Notes: generated by a model from the sequence alone, not told the origin. Numbered from the whole stretch's first letter, positions 26,701 to 40,973 are shown. The stretch: DNA of 61,400 nucleotides, filler included, from Perkinsus olseni (GCA_013115125.1; 3 parts of 3 records of this genome joined end to end with filler, not necessarily neighbours in it), one strand, 5' to 3'. Program-made: numbers and translations.

Positions 26701-29700
26701 GCAGCAATTATCACGATCACCTTTGGCCTGTCCTCATCGGCTATCCTATTTACAGTATCATCCTCGTCTACCGATTGGTCACCCCCCTCCCCAAGAGGTA
26801 TCTTCAGGAGACCATCACGGAATGTCTTATCATCAGTCAACATGAGGATCTCCTTTTTGTACCTTATACTCTAATATAACCAACACAGTCCTACCACTAC
26901 TACTACTATTACTTCTTTAATGTATCCTTCCACCCTCTACACTGCAATAGGAGTTGTAAGCCAATAGTGGCCATACCAGCTCTCCGCTTATCATGCCCTA
27001 GACTGGAATCCCCGAGTAGATAATCTACAGCCATCCTTGATAGCTCCCCTTCCATGGCCTCGGGGCAGATGAATCTAAGATAACCAAAACAATTGAGGGA
27101 AGGAGGGGCACCTGAGCGAACCCTTACGCTCTGTCCTTGGCCACGGTTATTAGGCAGTCAAGTAGATCAGATACTTGAGCTACTGATGCTGTTGGCCCTC
27201 CTACAGTAGTATCATATTCATACCGTCCCTTGAGCACATCAAGACAGCTAGTAACGAGCTGAACAAGGAGGGAAAGGACAGTAGCGCAACTATCGGGTGC
27301 AGAGAATAGGCCTACCCATTGGTTCTCCTCGCTCTTCTCCTTCCGCATCTGGGGTGATGCCCCTATCACAGCGGCAATGGCTCTACATAGCTGCTGATGG
27401 CGTGTTGATGACCCTGCCACTTGCGTCTCCTCCCCAGCAGCCTTAGCCACTACCAGTCTACAACAGGACACACTCTAACGTTATATTATACTCTGCTCCA
27501 CATACGCTCTATCAGCCATAGACTCTTCACTAGCCATCTGCTCATCACCATCGTCATGCACTGGCTGTCGTGCCATGAGAGGCCATACAGACTGTATACT
27601 CTCCTTCAAGGCTTGCCATACTTCGGAACGTCTAGTCTTTGCAGTAGGACCGTTGGGGTCGTCTGATACTAGTTTAGACAAGGCTGTGGTGGTAGATGGC
27701 CATAGAGTTGATAGAGGGACCGAATACTCAGCAACAAGGACCTGAGGCATAGTATCGGTATGATTGCCTTTTTTTGGCACTGCCTAGATACCTTAGCAGC
27801 TACGGATATCTCCTCCTTGCTAGCTTGTGTATTGGTTGTTATTGACTCAGCAAGTCTACCTATCCTTATCATACGTTCCCTCTCTGTATCGATACCTAGA
27901 GGCCCTGTAGCCTCCATTGACAAAGCACAGGATATAGGTGTAGACTGGGGCCACTTAGCTAGCAACAGCGATAGAGCAGCCTCTCTCACAGGACCTGTGT
28001 CGCATACTCATCAATACCTCCCACGAGGTCCGCCTAGTACTACCTCTAGTATCAGCACATGCATGTATAAGGTTAGCTATCGCCTCATCCGAGTCCGGGG
28101 TCCATCCCCTGTAGTGAAGAGCCTCCAGAACTCCACTACTACACTCTATAGACCCTGCAGTGGCAGCAGCATACTCCTCTAATTGCGATTGAGGGCATAG
28201 CCGAATGCATAAGGCCAATATTGCAGGCTCATGGTCCGCAGTGGGGGTATGCAGCCGTTTCAATGCCTGATGGTGGAGTAGCAGCACTTGACACTACTAT
28301 ATAATGGTAGTGTGCAGTACCTTATTAACCGCCTTGGCCACCTTAGCTGGACTAACTGCAGCATCTCCAAGGCCTCCCTTGTCCTTTATACCAGCTATAA
28401 GAGTTAAGTAGGCCAAATCATTGGCCGCAGGAGAGGGGGTGGCGGCACATGTATACCCAGCAGCTGTTATGCACACTCTCTGAGTTGATGATATGTCTAT
28501 AGCATCATCATCACCGCAGTCTGGTGGCACTTGCTCGAGGAAGGAACGCCTAACGTTGGTAGAGTATATGAGTAGTATGGCGTCAACGAAGCACCCTCGT
28601 CTATTACATGGCTACTGCTAGATCGGGTGTTTTATCCGCAGTAAGGTCATTGAAGGTGGAACACAGAGTGTTCCATATTGGGCATGCTATCTGGGCCCAG
28701 CTATCATCATCATCATCATCATCATCCTCCCCTCGCGCGGGGCTATGCAGGTTGTATATGAACTCGAGGGTTGATGGTGCTGTTATGGATAATGATACCT
28801 AGGCCACAGATGCTGGTGTGATACTACGACAGGTATAAGCCTAGTACCTTGTGGCATAGATCATCAAGACGTCCCTCTTCCCTCAGTGCATCGATGAAGT
28901 AAGGTAGTAGAGCATGACCTTCCGATAAAGGTTTGCATAACCTTATAGCATCACCAGCATCATCTACTTTACTGTCCATGACACCACGGACTAGATCGAT
29001 AATGCTAGTAGTCTGTGTATCTACATGTCAATGCATTGGCATGATTTAACAATAACTCCATCAGTAGATACTCACTTTGCTGTTCCCCAGGGGTGTTAGG
29101 CGTGTAAGCCTTACCCACACTGCCGAGCACCTCCAGTAACAGCACCCACTCCTCCACTTCCCTTACCGGTGGTAGGTTCTGTAGTAGCAGGTCACCAAAG
29201 TTGGCCAATAAGACCGGTATACTAGATTGGCATGTTAACAAGAGACGTTTGAATACGTTAACCACGAGGGTATATGATGTGGTATCCTCATCAGGTATTG
29301 TAGAAGGCAGCGAGTCTTTACCTAACACAAGTCCCTACAGTCTAGTAGTTGCCTATCGTCCCCGTACTACTGTTATTATCCCTAGTCCATTGTAGCATTG
29401 TCTGCACTATAGGCCTTGCCTTTGTGTGGAAGATAGTACCAACACCTTTGCACGCTTCAGTTATAACAATAGCGACGCTATCACTCAGCTGCGGCGTCTT
29501 CAGTGATAGATCGAGAACAATCTAGCACCAACAGGCATATGATCGTAGACTTAGCCGTACAATCCTACTACCCCGAAGGAGCCCGTGGTCTTCTCTGACG
29601 TGGTAGCACTGCGACGTAGGAGATAAGCGAGGCTCTCACTAGCGAACTGTCGTATGTATCTGCATAGGTTGGAATGAAAAGGGGGAGCAATCCATGTGCG

Positions 29701-30595
29701 GGGTCCCTACGATCTCTTATGTGACAGCAACTGCTCATACTGTGCTACAAAGCTGGTGAAGGTGTGAGCATCTGCTAGCAAATACGATGAGAGGCATCTG
29801 AGACCATGAACGGTCTCTGGCAGTTGCGTGGACTATCCTACTTGAATAGATAGCCCATAGACTGGAATATCCATTCCATAGCATCAGGGTCATCAAGCCT
29901 AGTTTCCAATAACCATACTAATGTACCAAATATGGTATCAACAAAGTAGGGCATGAGCTCCCCTCTAGTATCACGGGCCAGAACCTAACACAACTGTGAT
30001 GGTGGTGGTGGATGATGATGATGATGCAGAGATGGATGAAGATGTGCTACCGGTAGCATACCCAACAAGGGTTCTAGGGCAAGGGACTTCTCCTTCCGCA
30101 AATGCTTATCGAATATACTGCATATCTTACCCAAGTGATGGAGGATATGTGGCATGGTACGTACCTTGATACCACTATCATCCGTTATCACTACTCGTAG
30201 TATGTCCTACCAGAGGCAGCAGTTCCCTCAGAGCAGCATCAAAGTCTGCCGTCTTGTTCTCCAACCGCCATTTACGGCATTCTTGCAGTAGATATGAGGT
30301 ACGTAGGTTGGTCTCGTCAGGTATGGTATGGTCCAGATATTCATAGTTATTCGTTATCGTAGCGTTAATATTCTTTATACGTTGAGCAAAGCCAGCATAA
30401 ACGTGGCGGTTCTGCTGTTTACGTGTGGCATGACCAGCTGCTTTATCATCAACCTACAGCCACTCCATACCTCAATCAACATCATCTACCCTGTAGTACC
30501 TTCCTTCGTTTAGCCTGTGTCCTCTGCAACTGTAGCTTGGTAGTGTCGGACACTACACTACCTCCTTTACGCCGTTTGCCGGGAGGAAGTGGCAT
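20746..30595 (-). CDS. UTP20: U3 snoRNA-associated protein 20 (large HEAT-repeat SSU processome component); multi-exon with one ~5.7 kb exon
   Basis: N-terminal WRLENKTADFDAAL and LEPLLGMLP..LARDTRGELMPYF; mid-protein DLYHLQKSRQHRAL and LLSRELEDRRKARDAL...LARGGYQ; C-terminal basic AIVNPQETAERRLAKRAVKVEKRKR. Length is well over 2000 aa and helical. Confidence 0.85.
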
Positions 30596-30919
30596 TTAGG
30601 GAGACTACTACTACCACCAAATGAATCCACATCCATCACGTCCTATCCTGCCCAAGGCTGTAGGGAAACGCCCCCTCCTGAACAGGACCACAGTCGTCCT
30701 TATATGAGGGCGATGGCAGCGACTGCACTCTATCAACAGCAACCACGAGATACTCGACGATTATGTAAGTGCGTAAATATCTCCGACGGGTGCGCAAGTA
30801 AAAACGTTTGAGTTTGCGCAGAATTTTTTGTCGCAGTTTGCTCTTCCTACGTGCGACCATATACAAGATTATTTTTAAAGACTTTAATATTTCTATTACC
30901 CTTCCTATCCTCATCTCCC

Positions 30920-32764
30920 ATGGTGGAATTAATGCCTGAATGTTGTAATAGTAGTATGATGCCCCCTCTACCACCCCTACCTCCAACTGGGTCTAGTAAT
31001 ATGCTAGGATGCTGTGGATGGGTGGATCGACATACATACAAGGCTTTTGCATCTTACAATAGGTAATGATAATACTTGCAGTAGTCATACAATCATCGTA
31101 TTTAGGACCAAGGAGTGGTATGGATCATATCGTGGGACACTGCCATCAATTACCGAGGAAGGATGTGACAGAGAAGGCTCCTGTGGTGAGCTGCCTCAGA
31201 CTTCTACTACTAGGTAACACACACGTGATAGCAACGGGCAAGCGTGTCATCGGTATTCTGCTCTCAGGAACTCTTCTTCATGTTGTTCTACCTCGTCGTC
31301 TGAGAATGGCCATCAGCAACAACATCACTTTTTGTTATCACCAGTGACCGTTGCTGAGGTCTCTTGTCGGACGCGAGAATGGAATACTTATGTAGCACAC
31401 TGCAGATCAATACGGCACGGTATAAAGTACTAGGAGTACTGCCGTCGCCGTGGAAGGCAGCAGCAGCAGTAGTGGATAATAACACTACTACCAACACTGA
31501 GGTCACTACCTTCACGAAGACGTCTCCTTGTCTTTTTTGTTGTTGCTCAACCCCCTTTCTGGTTCAGCAACTTTTACCACCAGTCGGGCCGTTCTTAGTC
31601 ACGCTAAGACGGTTGCTACTGCTGCTGCTGCTGTTTACGATGAATTGCCGGTGGCATACCATTGCTATTCTGCTACTGGCAATCAAGTTCTGTTTCCCAC
31701 TTCTTCTCCTTCCGAAAATGGGAGTTCTTGTGGGGTTGCTGCTGCTAATAATCACCGTCATGAATTCTCCTAGGCCCACGCCGTATGCTGTTATGGAAAG
31801 CCTACTACTACTGAATGCACATTACCACCACTGCCACTATTGCCACGACTGTCTAACCTCATACCACTGTTGATGATAATACTATATTCTGCCTCTTGCG
31901 TGGTGGCTGGGTTACTACGGATGTAATGTATCGCCATAATGCCTAGGTTTGAATCTATATTAACATCCCGTTTATGGTTGCTGCTGCTGCTCCTCTCCAC
32001 TCCCAGCATCTCGCCAGTCTATCTTCGTCCTTTAATAATGGTGAGCCCCCCTCGTGTGAGGGTAAACATACGCGTGTCGGCAATAGTAATATAATGAGGA
32101 CGCGCCATCGTGATACTACCACATCTAGCCCCCTACCAGACCGGTATCATCGTTTGCATCAATCTAAGTGTGGACCCCGACAACAAGTACAGCGTGCTTT
32201 TGAGCTCTATAAGAGGTAAGGTCATACTATTAATCATTATCATCAGGATATTGTTGCTACTCCTTAGGTCACGAGAGGCATATATAGATTATAAGATACC
32301 TCTACCCCGGATAGACGAGGAGAAGTCTACCAGTGCTAGTACTATTCCGGTAACGGCGGCCGGAGGTTCAAGCCTATCGTGGGTGTCGTTGTGTGATGAT
32401 GATGACGATGATGATACTATCTATCCTCGACAAGACAGCCGATTGTTCCGAGATCATCATCATCATCATGTTGGCAGTGTCGATATTCAACACCCAGTAG
32501 AGGGGCAGAGGTAAACGGAAGAGTTCGAAGGAGAGGCTCCGTAAGGTAGTGCTCCATGCCAGGTCTGCCACATCCCAATCCGAGTGTTACACCGATGCTA
32601 CTCATGCCACTACTAGTACGCATAAGACTTTCGAATCAGGACGGTACCAGAAACCAGTGGTTATCACCGTCAATGTTACCCAGAAAGGAGTAGTTGAGTT
32701 CATCTCACGTCGTCGCCGTTGCTGCCGACGAGGTCGCCTCTGCCGTTACCGAAATGATAGTTAA
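30920..32764 (+). CDS. Hypothetical multi-exon protein (no family recognised; boundaries uncertain)
   Basis: Successive plus-strand coding-like segments separated by short GT-AG intervals (e.g. GWVDRHTYKAFASYNR|TKEWYGSY; GIIVCINLSVDPDNKYSVLLSSIR). Confidence 0.35.
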
Positions 32765-33359
32765 TCAGCGATATCTACAACAATAGTAATATGATCGCAT
32801 GATCGAACACTGCTTGGCATTATCCCTTGGATTTCTATCCTCCTTACCACCCCACACTACGAACATCGTTGCGGCTCTGAAGAGCTCCTCACTAGGCTAC
32901 ACCTACTGCGTAGCTACCTCTCATCACTGCGGTGGGGCGATGCTGCATCCTCTCCGCGTGTAGGTCATTGTTACATTATTATCGACAGTTTTGTAGTACT
33001 TCTACTATTACTACTACTAGAACAGATTCCCTTCATCCTTCATCATATCTCATCATTCCTGGGTTATTCTTACCTTATCTACTGCGACTCTTGCTGCTGC
33101 TACTGCTGTTGTCCATGGTAATATCCTTGCCTCCTGCTATTGTGAGTGCTCTACCATGCTGCTGCTGCAGCTGTGTACAACATTATCATATATCAGCTCG
33201 TGCACTTGAGTTGTAGTTATCGTCGTATAAGGCATCGGGCCTCCCATACTGTGCCAAAGGTGCAACCTGACCGCTCGATGAAAACATGCCCTGTCGTGGG
33301 TATATTCCTCTACTCTTCTCAGTTTTTCGTGTCAACTGGGCTACAGGCTTGCCGCTGCC

Positions 33360-35102
33360 ATGAGGCCTACTACCAGTATTGCAACACTACTTGTCATTGC
33401 TGCTGCATCATTGGTGTACTCCACCGCCCAAGCCACTGATCAGCAGCAGCAGCAGCCCCGCCTCAAAACCCTGGTTATTGTGGATGAAGATCGAGAAGAT
33501 CAAGATAAGAGGATTTATTCCCAACTTTATGCTGACCTTGAGAGTGAGTCTATACAAACGGGAGAAAACGACATGTGCATAATGATTATCATCGTACGTA
33601 GATGCTGGTCATGATCTCACTTTTGTCTCTTACAACGATAAGACCCTTCGACTACATGACTACGGCCAATGGCTATACGACAACATTATACTCAATGCTA
33701 ACAAAATCAGTAGTAAGTAAACTCGTGAGTACAACCGTATCATCATCATCATCATCAACAGCAGCATCGGTCCTATTCTTACGATCGGTATTCATAACTG
33801 TATACCTGTTCCTAACCGTATTCAGCCTTCCCTGTTACCGAGGATCGTGGTCGTAAATATAAGTCGGTTGATGATGAGAAGGTATACAGGGGTTATCACC
33901 AGCACTGCTCTTATCGTCATATATTTATTCCAATTATCAGAGAGAGGCCGCAGGGGCTGGTAAACCGCATAGAGGCATCTCTATGTTCGACTTGGTCGAC
34001 TTCGTGGACAAGGGCAATAAGAGTATTGTCATCAACGTTGGAAGAGATACCAATGGCAACGGCCTGAGAAAGTACCGAATACTTGCACCCTCAGCAACCG
34101 TATGCATTCTCCTCCAGGTTAGTGAACGAGTTCGGATTTGATATCTACGAGCAGGACTCTGCCATTGTCGACCATTTCCATTTCGAGGGGGATGATCATT
34201 CCAATGTAAGGCGACCACTTGAAGCACTTCATGCTGCTATATCCAACATCCATCGGCCCATGACCAATGGTTTGTACTTGTGACTTATCAGGTATGGACT
34301 CGGAACTTCAACGCTCCTCGAGCGACCCATTTCAACCCTACTGCTGCCGGAAAGGATAAGGTCCTCTTTGGCAGGGGCGTTGGCCATTCCATCGCACCAA
34401 CTAACGATCGCGCATTCTCGGTAATGGCAGGTGATGGAGATCCTTCAGCAATCACCTACAACCTCAGGTTATCAAGTCGTCTCGTAGTGCGTACTCAGAG
34501 GATGCAAAGGGCCATGTCATGAACAAGGTCGCTGGAGACAACTTGAGTGAGCCTTTCTACTCTAACGTTCACCAGCTGCATCACCACCTCGAGGGTGACA
34601 TGCTCACAGCAGTTCTGCGCGTTCAGGCGGTTTGAATTTGGTATCAGCTTTACAAGCTCGTAATGGCGCTCGTGTACTCCTGGTAGGCTCTAAGGATATG
34701 TGTGCTGACAAGATGTACTCAGTTACTGCCGACTTCGGTAAGCCTATGTTCATGATTGTTTTAGATTCGCCAAGGAGGGGTATGACAATAGGAACGTGTG
34801 CAAGTCTATGTACACCTGGGCATTCAATCAGAGGCGTGAGTCACGAGCAAATACTCATGCTACCATCGTCATCACTGTTCCTTCTAGGCGTCATCCGTGC
34901 TGTAAGCATGCGGCATCATAAGGTTGGAGAGACCGAGGCCCCGTACATGTATACCGAGGGGGATGATATCAGTAGGCCACACCTTGATCGAATGATGGTA
35001 CTGATTACGATCCTCAGCCTTCGAGATTCAGCTTGAGGAGTTAACTATGAAGGGGTGGACTCCTTACACGGCCAACGATGTAGCTTCCTCGGCGCTCATT
35101 AT

Positions 35103-35143
<41 letters not shown>

Positions 35144-35756
35144 CAGTAGCAGTAGCAGTAGCAGCACTCCTTGTTAGATTCAACTGGAGTACACCATGTT
35201 GGACCCACATATTCGTACCTTTTTACTGCCTGTTCCCTCCCAAGAAGGACTGCATAGACTCACCTTCAAGGCCCCTGATGTCTATGGGATATTCAAGTTC
35301 GTCGTAAGTAGTCGGTGATAATAGTGTGCACTCGGGCTCCACTCATGGTATTGGCGCTCATAGTTCAAGTTGCCGAACGTAGTGCATCTTCGGCTTCAGG
35401 TGGACTACAACAGACTTGGTCTCAATCACCTTCACATCGAGGAAGTAGCACCATTAAGGAACTACAAGCATAACGACTACCCGAGATTCCTCTTCTGTGC
35501 CTACCCCTACTATGCATCAGTAGTGCTTCTCGCACAGTAACTTCGATCGCATATGCTTGCCGCTCAGGTTTTCATCGCCGCGTTTGGCCTCTTCGTGATC
35601 GCCTTCTGGATGATGTAAGGTTATCCATATGCATCATAGTTGATGTTATATGATCCTTCGTGCAGTTACGATGAAGAGACCTCGTCGATCTCGCCACCGA
35701 ACCGTACTAAGTCGCCTGTACGGAAGACAGCGGGGGAGACGAAGAAGACGAAATGA
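33360..35756 (+). CDS. WBP1: Oligosaccharyltransferase 48 kDa subunit (OST48/DDOST/Wbp1); multi-exon
   Basis: Signal peptide MRPTTSIATLLVIAAASLVYSTAQA; DYGQWLYDNII, IVDHFHF, LVSALQARNGARV, IQLEYTMLDPHIR, FKAPDVYGIFKFVVDYNRLG, YPRFLFCAYPYYAS; TM; C-terminal KKTK* dilysine ER-retrieval signal. Confidence 0.95.
35104..35166. repeat. Compound (GCA)n/(GTAGCA)n microsatellite in an OST48 intron
   Basis: Seen directly. Confidence 0.9.
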
Positions 35757-36776
35757 TGCAATACGGTGATGGACTACTTTTCTTAGTAGCGCTGCCTCCT
35801 GTGACGCTGAGTGGGATTGTTCTGTTGTGTTCAAAGTTCGCCACGCGCCATCATCATCGATGATAATGATAACAACAACCGGGGACATTCTGATTCGTGA
35901 AGCGATAAAGCGGTCCTCAAGGTACGGAACCAACGACAACGTTCTGGATGTACCTCGATCCCATGGTTACACAGGCATTATGTGGCACATGTATGCTGAC
36001 GAGTTAGTCGTCTACCGTACTATACAATCTTGCTCCCTTGGGTCAATGGACCGTGCCTGTACTCCTTAGGGAGAGAGTTCTACACCTAATGCCTCACAAC
36101 CCAACTCTTCCATCCTGCACAGGCACAGCAGCGATACAAGATTAACACGAGCACACGTGAATGGTGTTCTGTGAGTTCTGTTCGTTGAAGCGCATCTCCT
36201 GGCCCCTGCTACCGAAGCTCGTGTCACACGAGTCGTGAGTTCGGTTGCATCGACATGCCCGATGTCCTGGATGTTTGTGGTCTTCATCATCATGACGCCC
36301 TGATGTTTACATTCGGTTGATAGCTGGGCAAACGCTCTTCAACGCTGCACATTGAGGCATCGGTCTTTGGTTGCGTCTTGGCGGCAGGGGTACTCAAGTG
36401 GGTCGAGCGTTCGAGCAAGAGCTGCCCCAGGTTACTGGTGAGGTACTTAGAGGTACATTCTTACTGAAAGCATTGGCGTCGTCGTCTAGGTGGGTGCTCT
36501 GACTATCGCTGCTTTCCCACATCCCCGAGCGAGCTAGGTTCGTGGATTTATTGTAATAGATCTAAGGAGGACTCACTTTCGAATCGAAAGTTTCGATGCT
36601 CCCGATCGTCAATACAAGCGGCGTCACGTCACTTGCGGAACGCTACGGTGACGCCGTTCATCCACGTTGGGTTTGTTGCGACATGTGATTTGATTGCAGT
36701 TATAACAGTGAGGGATTGGGGAAATGCGGTACCGTCTTTTTTCTAGCTTATTCATCATCGTTTACCGGTTACCCCA

Positions 36777-37226
36777 ATGAGGCGAATCTGTTCGGCGGTC
36801 TTCCTGGTACTTGCCCTGGCGTTCCTCGTTGATGGTGGGCCCAGCCTAGCTGGGAAAGTCTACTGCTACATTCCGACGAGCCGTAACATTAGAAAAACGG
36901 AGTGGAGACTCTTTCGCCTGTCATTCGAGAACTCTACCCACATGACCTATAAGTTTAATCTGTTCTCGGCTGGGAAGAACCCTGTTCAGAATCTGATCGT
37001 CAGGGAGGGTATCCCTTATACGTACGACAGCGAGACTGGTATTATCGACGCTGACACTAAGGGTACGAACTTGGCACACACTCGCCTTTACAGTTGTGTT
37101 AAAGCCAAGGATATGCATCGGATGAAGTATGATAAGAAGAAAGATAGAGTGAAGCTTGGAATGAAACTTCACTTCATTTTCTCTTCGAGACGCCGTCGAA
37201 CTTTCCGACGATGTGACTTTTTCTAA
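36777..37226 (+). CDS. Small basic secreted protein, 149 aa, intronless, unknown family
   Basis: Clean ATG-to-stop ORF with a clear signal peptide (MRRICSAVFLVLALAFLVDG), a Cys near each end of the mature part (GKVYC...RRCDFF), and beta-strand-like alternation. Confidence 0.7.
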   Translation: MRRICSAVFLVLALAFLVDGGPSLAGKVYCYIPTSRNIRKTEWRLFRLSFENSTHMTYKFNLFSAGKNPVQNLIVREGIPYTYDSETGIIDADTKGTNLAHTRLYSCVKAKDMHRMKYDKKKDRVKLGMKLHFIFSSRRRRTFRRCDFF

Positions 37227-37566
37227 CCATCATTCAGGAACTGATCCTTGTTATTCCGCAGTACCATTGAACGACGTCGTCGAGTTGAGTGCAGTCATTG
37301 CTGCTCATACGCACGAGCCTTACACGACCCGATGGGGCTCCTGGAGAATTCTAGCTATCCGAATGACCTAACTGAAGCAACTGAGGCACAGCAACAGCAC
37401 TGCTGTTTTGGAAACTGACATCATGATGACAGGCATGCTGGGATGGTTGAGCTTCAGGGCCACTTCACAGTTGTTATGATAGTTTACGACGCTATTGGAC
37501 ACTGCATATTCTACTGAATGGGGACCTAAGGTAGGTAGTATGACGACGGTCGGCTCCTCCTCGACC

Positions 37567-40230
37567 CTAGGAATGCAACCGCAATGCTCTTGGAGTCCTA
37601 CTACAGTACCTCTTAGGCTTCTGAACTGATGGCAGATGGGTAGCTGAAATGACGAGAAGATCGACATATAGCGAAGACTGCGAACGATGAAACTATGATG
37701 ATTCTTATCGCTGATCTGAGTGGGTGTGAAACGCCCAACTTTCGAGGCCAGTAGCCGGGTCTATCAGTCTCACGGTTCTGTATAACAATGCTCGTTCGAG
37801 GGACCATTAAACCTTCCTTAGTCGTATCATGCACTTTGACCGCATCGGATTCCGGGGTTGGCGACACCCCAGCGACCACCTACAGGGAAGTTCGCCATGA
37901 GCAGCAGCAGACCGCCTATCGATCCCACCTCGACTGCAAAACATGTCCCTTTGTTGCCTTCTATCCTGCTCATGTCAGCGTCCCCCCTGTGTGGATTATG
38001 CCCTAGAGCCTGTCCTGGCAGTGTAGTTACTTTGCTCATAGTCGGATGAGCAGTAATGTTCTTCTGGTCTTCAATTATGTAGCCGTGCTCATCAGGCGTT
38101 CTATTTCGGCCATTGATGTCGGTGTTCTCGTTACGGCTCTCACTTGTCGTAAGACCGGAGTGGCACTTGATAATTTTATTTATTTGAGCAACCGAGACCC
38201 TCCTCCCTCTGTTCCCCAACTCTATTGTCTCTCCCCTCATCCCACCGCTAAGCCCGCTAGACCTTCCTTCGCAGTCTGACTTCGCCTTCATGAGGGATAG
38301 TACCGATCTTCGCCTCTCGAGGTTACCCCTTGCGCCGTACAATGGTGGTGCTGCCGCTCCAACACTCGTGTTCTAAGCATGGAAAGAACAAACATCAGCT
38401 CAAGCTGAGAGGCAGCGGCCGTCCTACGCTATGCAATATCTTATTAAGATGATGATGATGATGATGTTGCATGAGCCGGCATTGTTCTCCCTCTCGTTGA
38501 AGACGCTGTTGCTCTAGTTCCGAGCCAGTATCATCCAGGGTGTTCCGCATCGAATCAGCGTTGTGCAGGGAAAATGAAGCAGGTGGGAGCAGCTGGCTAG
38601 TGCCTTCCCACGGAGCCGCAGCTGAGGGGCCTACACACCGTGGTGGCTCTCATCAAACCCGACAAGGCCTCAGCTCAGTGCTACCCTCGAAGAGATCGAA
38701 GATATACGACTTTGCTGCCGAATCAGTCTCCGGAATCTCGAATCGCTTCGTGCAGAAGGGATGCTCTAAACACTCGAGGACTGATGCTCGTGCAGCCGTA
38801 TGCTTGATCAACATCCTGAAAGTTACAAGTGTCTGAGTGAAGATGAAAGTACGGTACTTATTCTGCAGGAGATCATACAGATCTTCATCGACCGACTTGA
38901 GACGACTTGGTACTCGTACTTGTGTAACAGTATTAGCTAGCCAGTTAAAGAATGCGATGGTATCTCCAGTTCTTCTGCAGAGAGACACGTACTTACTCTG
39001 AAAGGCAGCAGCAACAGCATAAGCAGAGTTGGTGCTGTAATCTATCGTATCACAGTTACCTCTAAAGCAGGTCTAGCTAGTATCAAGTCCAATGCTGTTA
39101 TAGCGATTGACCATACGTCCATCATGCGTGATATACGCAAGACTTCACTGCCATCGACAAGAGCCTGATAATACAACAAAGGGATTAGCATAGGACAGTA
39201 GCATCGTGTGGTTTCATAGTACTCTAGCGAATTCAGGAGCACAGTACAAGGGTGTGAAAGATACTGTGTTGTCATCCAGATCTATTGTTGTGGATGCTGG
39301 CACCTGAGCAGACTGAGCATATGAGCAATGGAACCCCGGACCCGACGAAGAGGCAGCAAGGCCCATTGCTTCTTAAGTTACAGCTCCATCGACATCAATG
39401 AGCTTCCAATCGTCCCCCACACGCATGATGTTCTCCGGTTTGATGTCGAGATGCACGAGCCCTTTTGCATGCAGTATAGCTGTTATTGATATCAATGATC
39501 TAACCTGAACATGGGACCAACCATACCGGCCAGTAGAGGAGGAGGAGGTCACGGTAGCCCACCCACCACATGATGAACTTCCCACATCCCCATTGGGTCT
39601 CTGGCCTTTCGCCTATCGTTCAGATAGTCTTCGAGTGTGTATGATGCTAACTCCAATACAACATAGCATTTACCATCGTGAGCAGGTGTTGGCCTCCCAT
39701 CAGAGTCTTGACTATAGTCGAGTAATTTAACCTAGCATGACATCATAATCCCATCACACACGTCTATACATGGCGTGAAGCGTAGGCGGGATGCCTTCCT
39801 ACAAAAACTTTCCGTGGGTCTAGCTTAGCTTGAGCAAGCAACTCCTTTGCTTGACTAGGGGGTTCTCCTCGTTCTGTGTACCGGACATCTGCTATTTTGA
39901 AGCTCTCTGTTGCCGCCTGGTGTACGTTACCCCTTTGCAAAGGTTCCTGTAGCTGCTTGAGGATTTCTATCTGCCATATAAAGGCTCGCGTCAGGTATTG
40001 CCTTCGGCCGGCTGATACCTGCTTCTTGAACTTGCCGTATACGCTAGGGGACTTCTCCAGGTATGTTTTTATCGCTACATCTCTCTTGAGTCGCTTATCG
40101 AATGCTTTCCTCACCACTGAGAATGAGCCTTGACCAAGGAAGTCTGTGCCTCTGACCAAATACCTGTGTAAAACACAGCTCACTGTTGGACGATGTTATA
40201 CTACTCAGGAGGTTGCCATCATCACACATG
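37567..40230 (-). CDS. Ser/Thr protein kinase with atypical DVD(G) in place of DFG and a long low-complexity C-terminus; both ends approximate
   Basis: LGQGSFSVV, VAIKTY, YVVLELASYTLEDYL, VHLDIKPENIM, WKLIDVDGAV, FTPLYCAPE, DVWSIAI and RASVLECLEHPF. Confidence 0.88.
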
Positions 40231-40973
40231 ACTTGGGGCGGTCATCATACATGCCAGATATATCACTTATCGCGAACGTGAGATTGCAAGCGACTATTGG
40301 GGACTAAGGCTGGAAATTCCAAGGGTAGCCGATAGCAACCACGTCACGTTTTCAAGTCGTTAGTGCGGCGTGGTGTACATAGCATCTAAACGTTACCGGT
40401 CCATTATTGTAGTCTTCCAACCCCACTCTCTTCCCAACCAATTGAAATCATCATCCCCATTATTATTCATAATAGACATGCTATGGCCATGGAAAACGGG
40501 CTGTGGATGATTGAAGGACAGCGCTCCAACAACACAGTCCCATCGACCCTGTAGAACGTGTGAATTGTATATGGGCCTTGCGTTTGCTAGATTAATGCAA
40601 CACGAAGGAAGTAGCAATTCCATGGATTGAACTTCATTCACTTATCGAGTCGACGTGAGCATCATAGTCAAGGCTCGAAACACTCGTCCATACCGTCGTG
40701 TAACGGGGCCCTCTTCCAACCGTTTCAGAACTGCGCGCATCCACCGCTTCCATCTGCAGTGGCTTTCCCCTTGCGGTGGGAGGATGGCAGCAAACCCTCG
40801 AATATGAGGCCGGAAAACTCTAAGGAGTGTCCAGTGTCAGCTGTGTTACTGGTTGAGCTTGGCATAACACAAGGGAAATACTTGGGAATAGAAGCATACA
40901 TATTAGTGAGAATACGTAGGGCAGACTACTAGCCATAGCTTAGCCAAGGGATACGGAGGCACACAAATAGGGA

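Noticed and set aside
21338..26879. Numerous plus-strand ORFs of 60-120 aa
   Set aside because: Antisense shadows of the long UTP20 exon.
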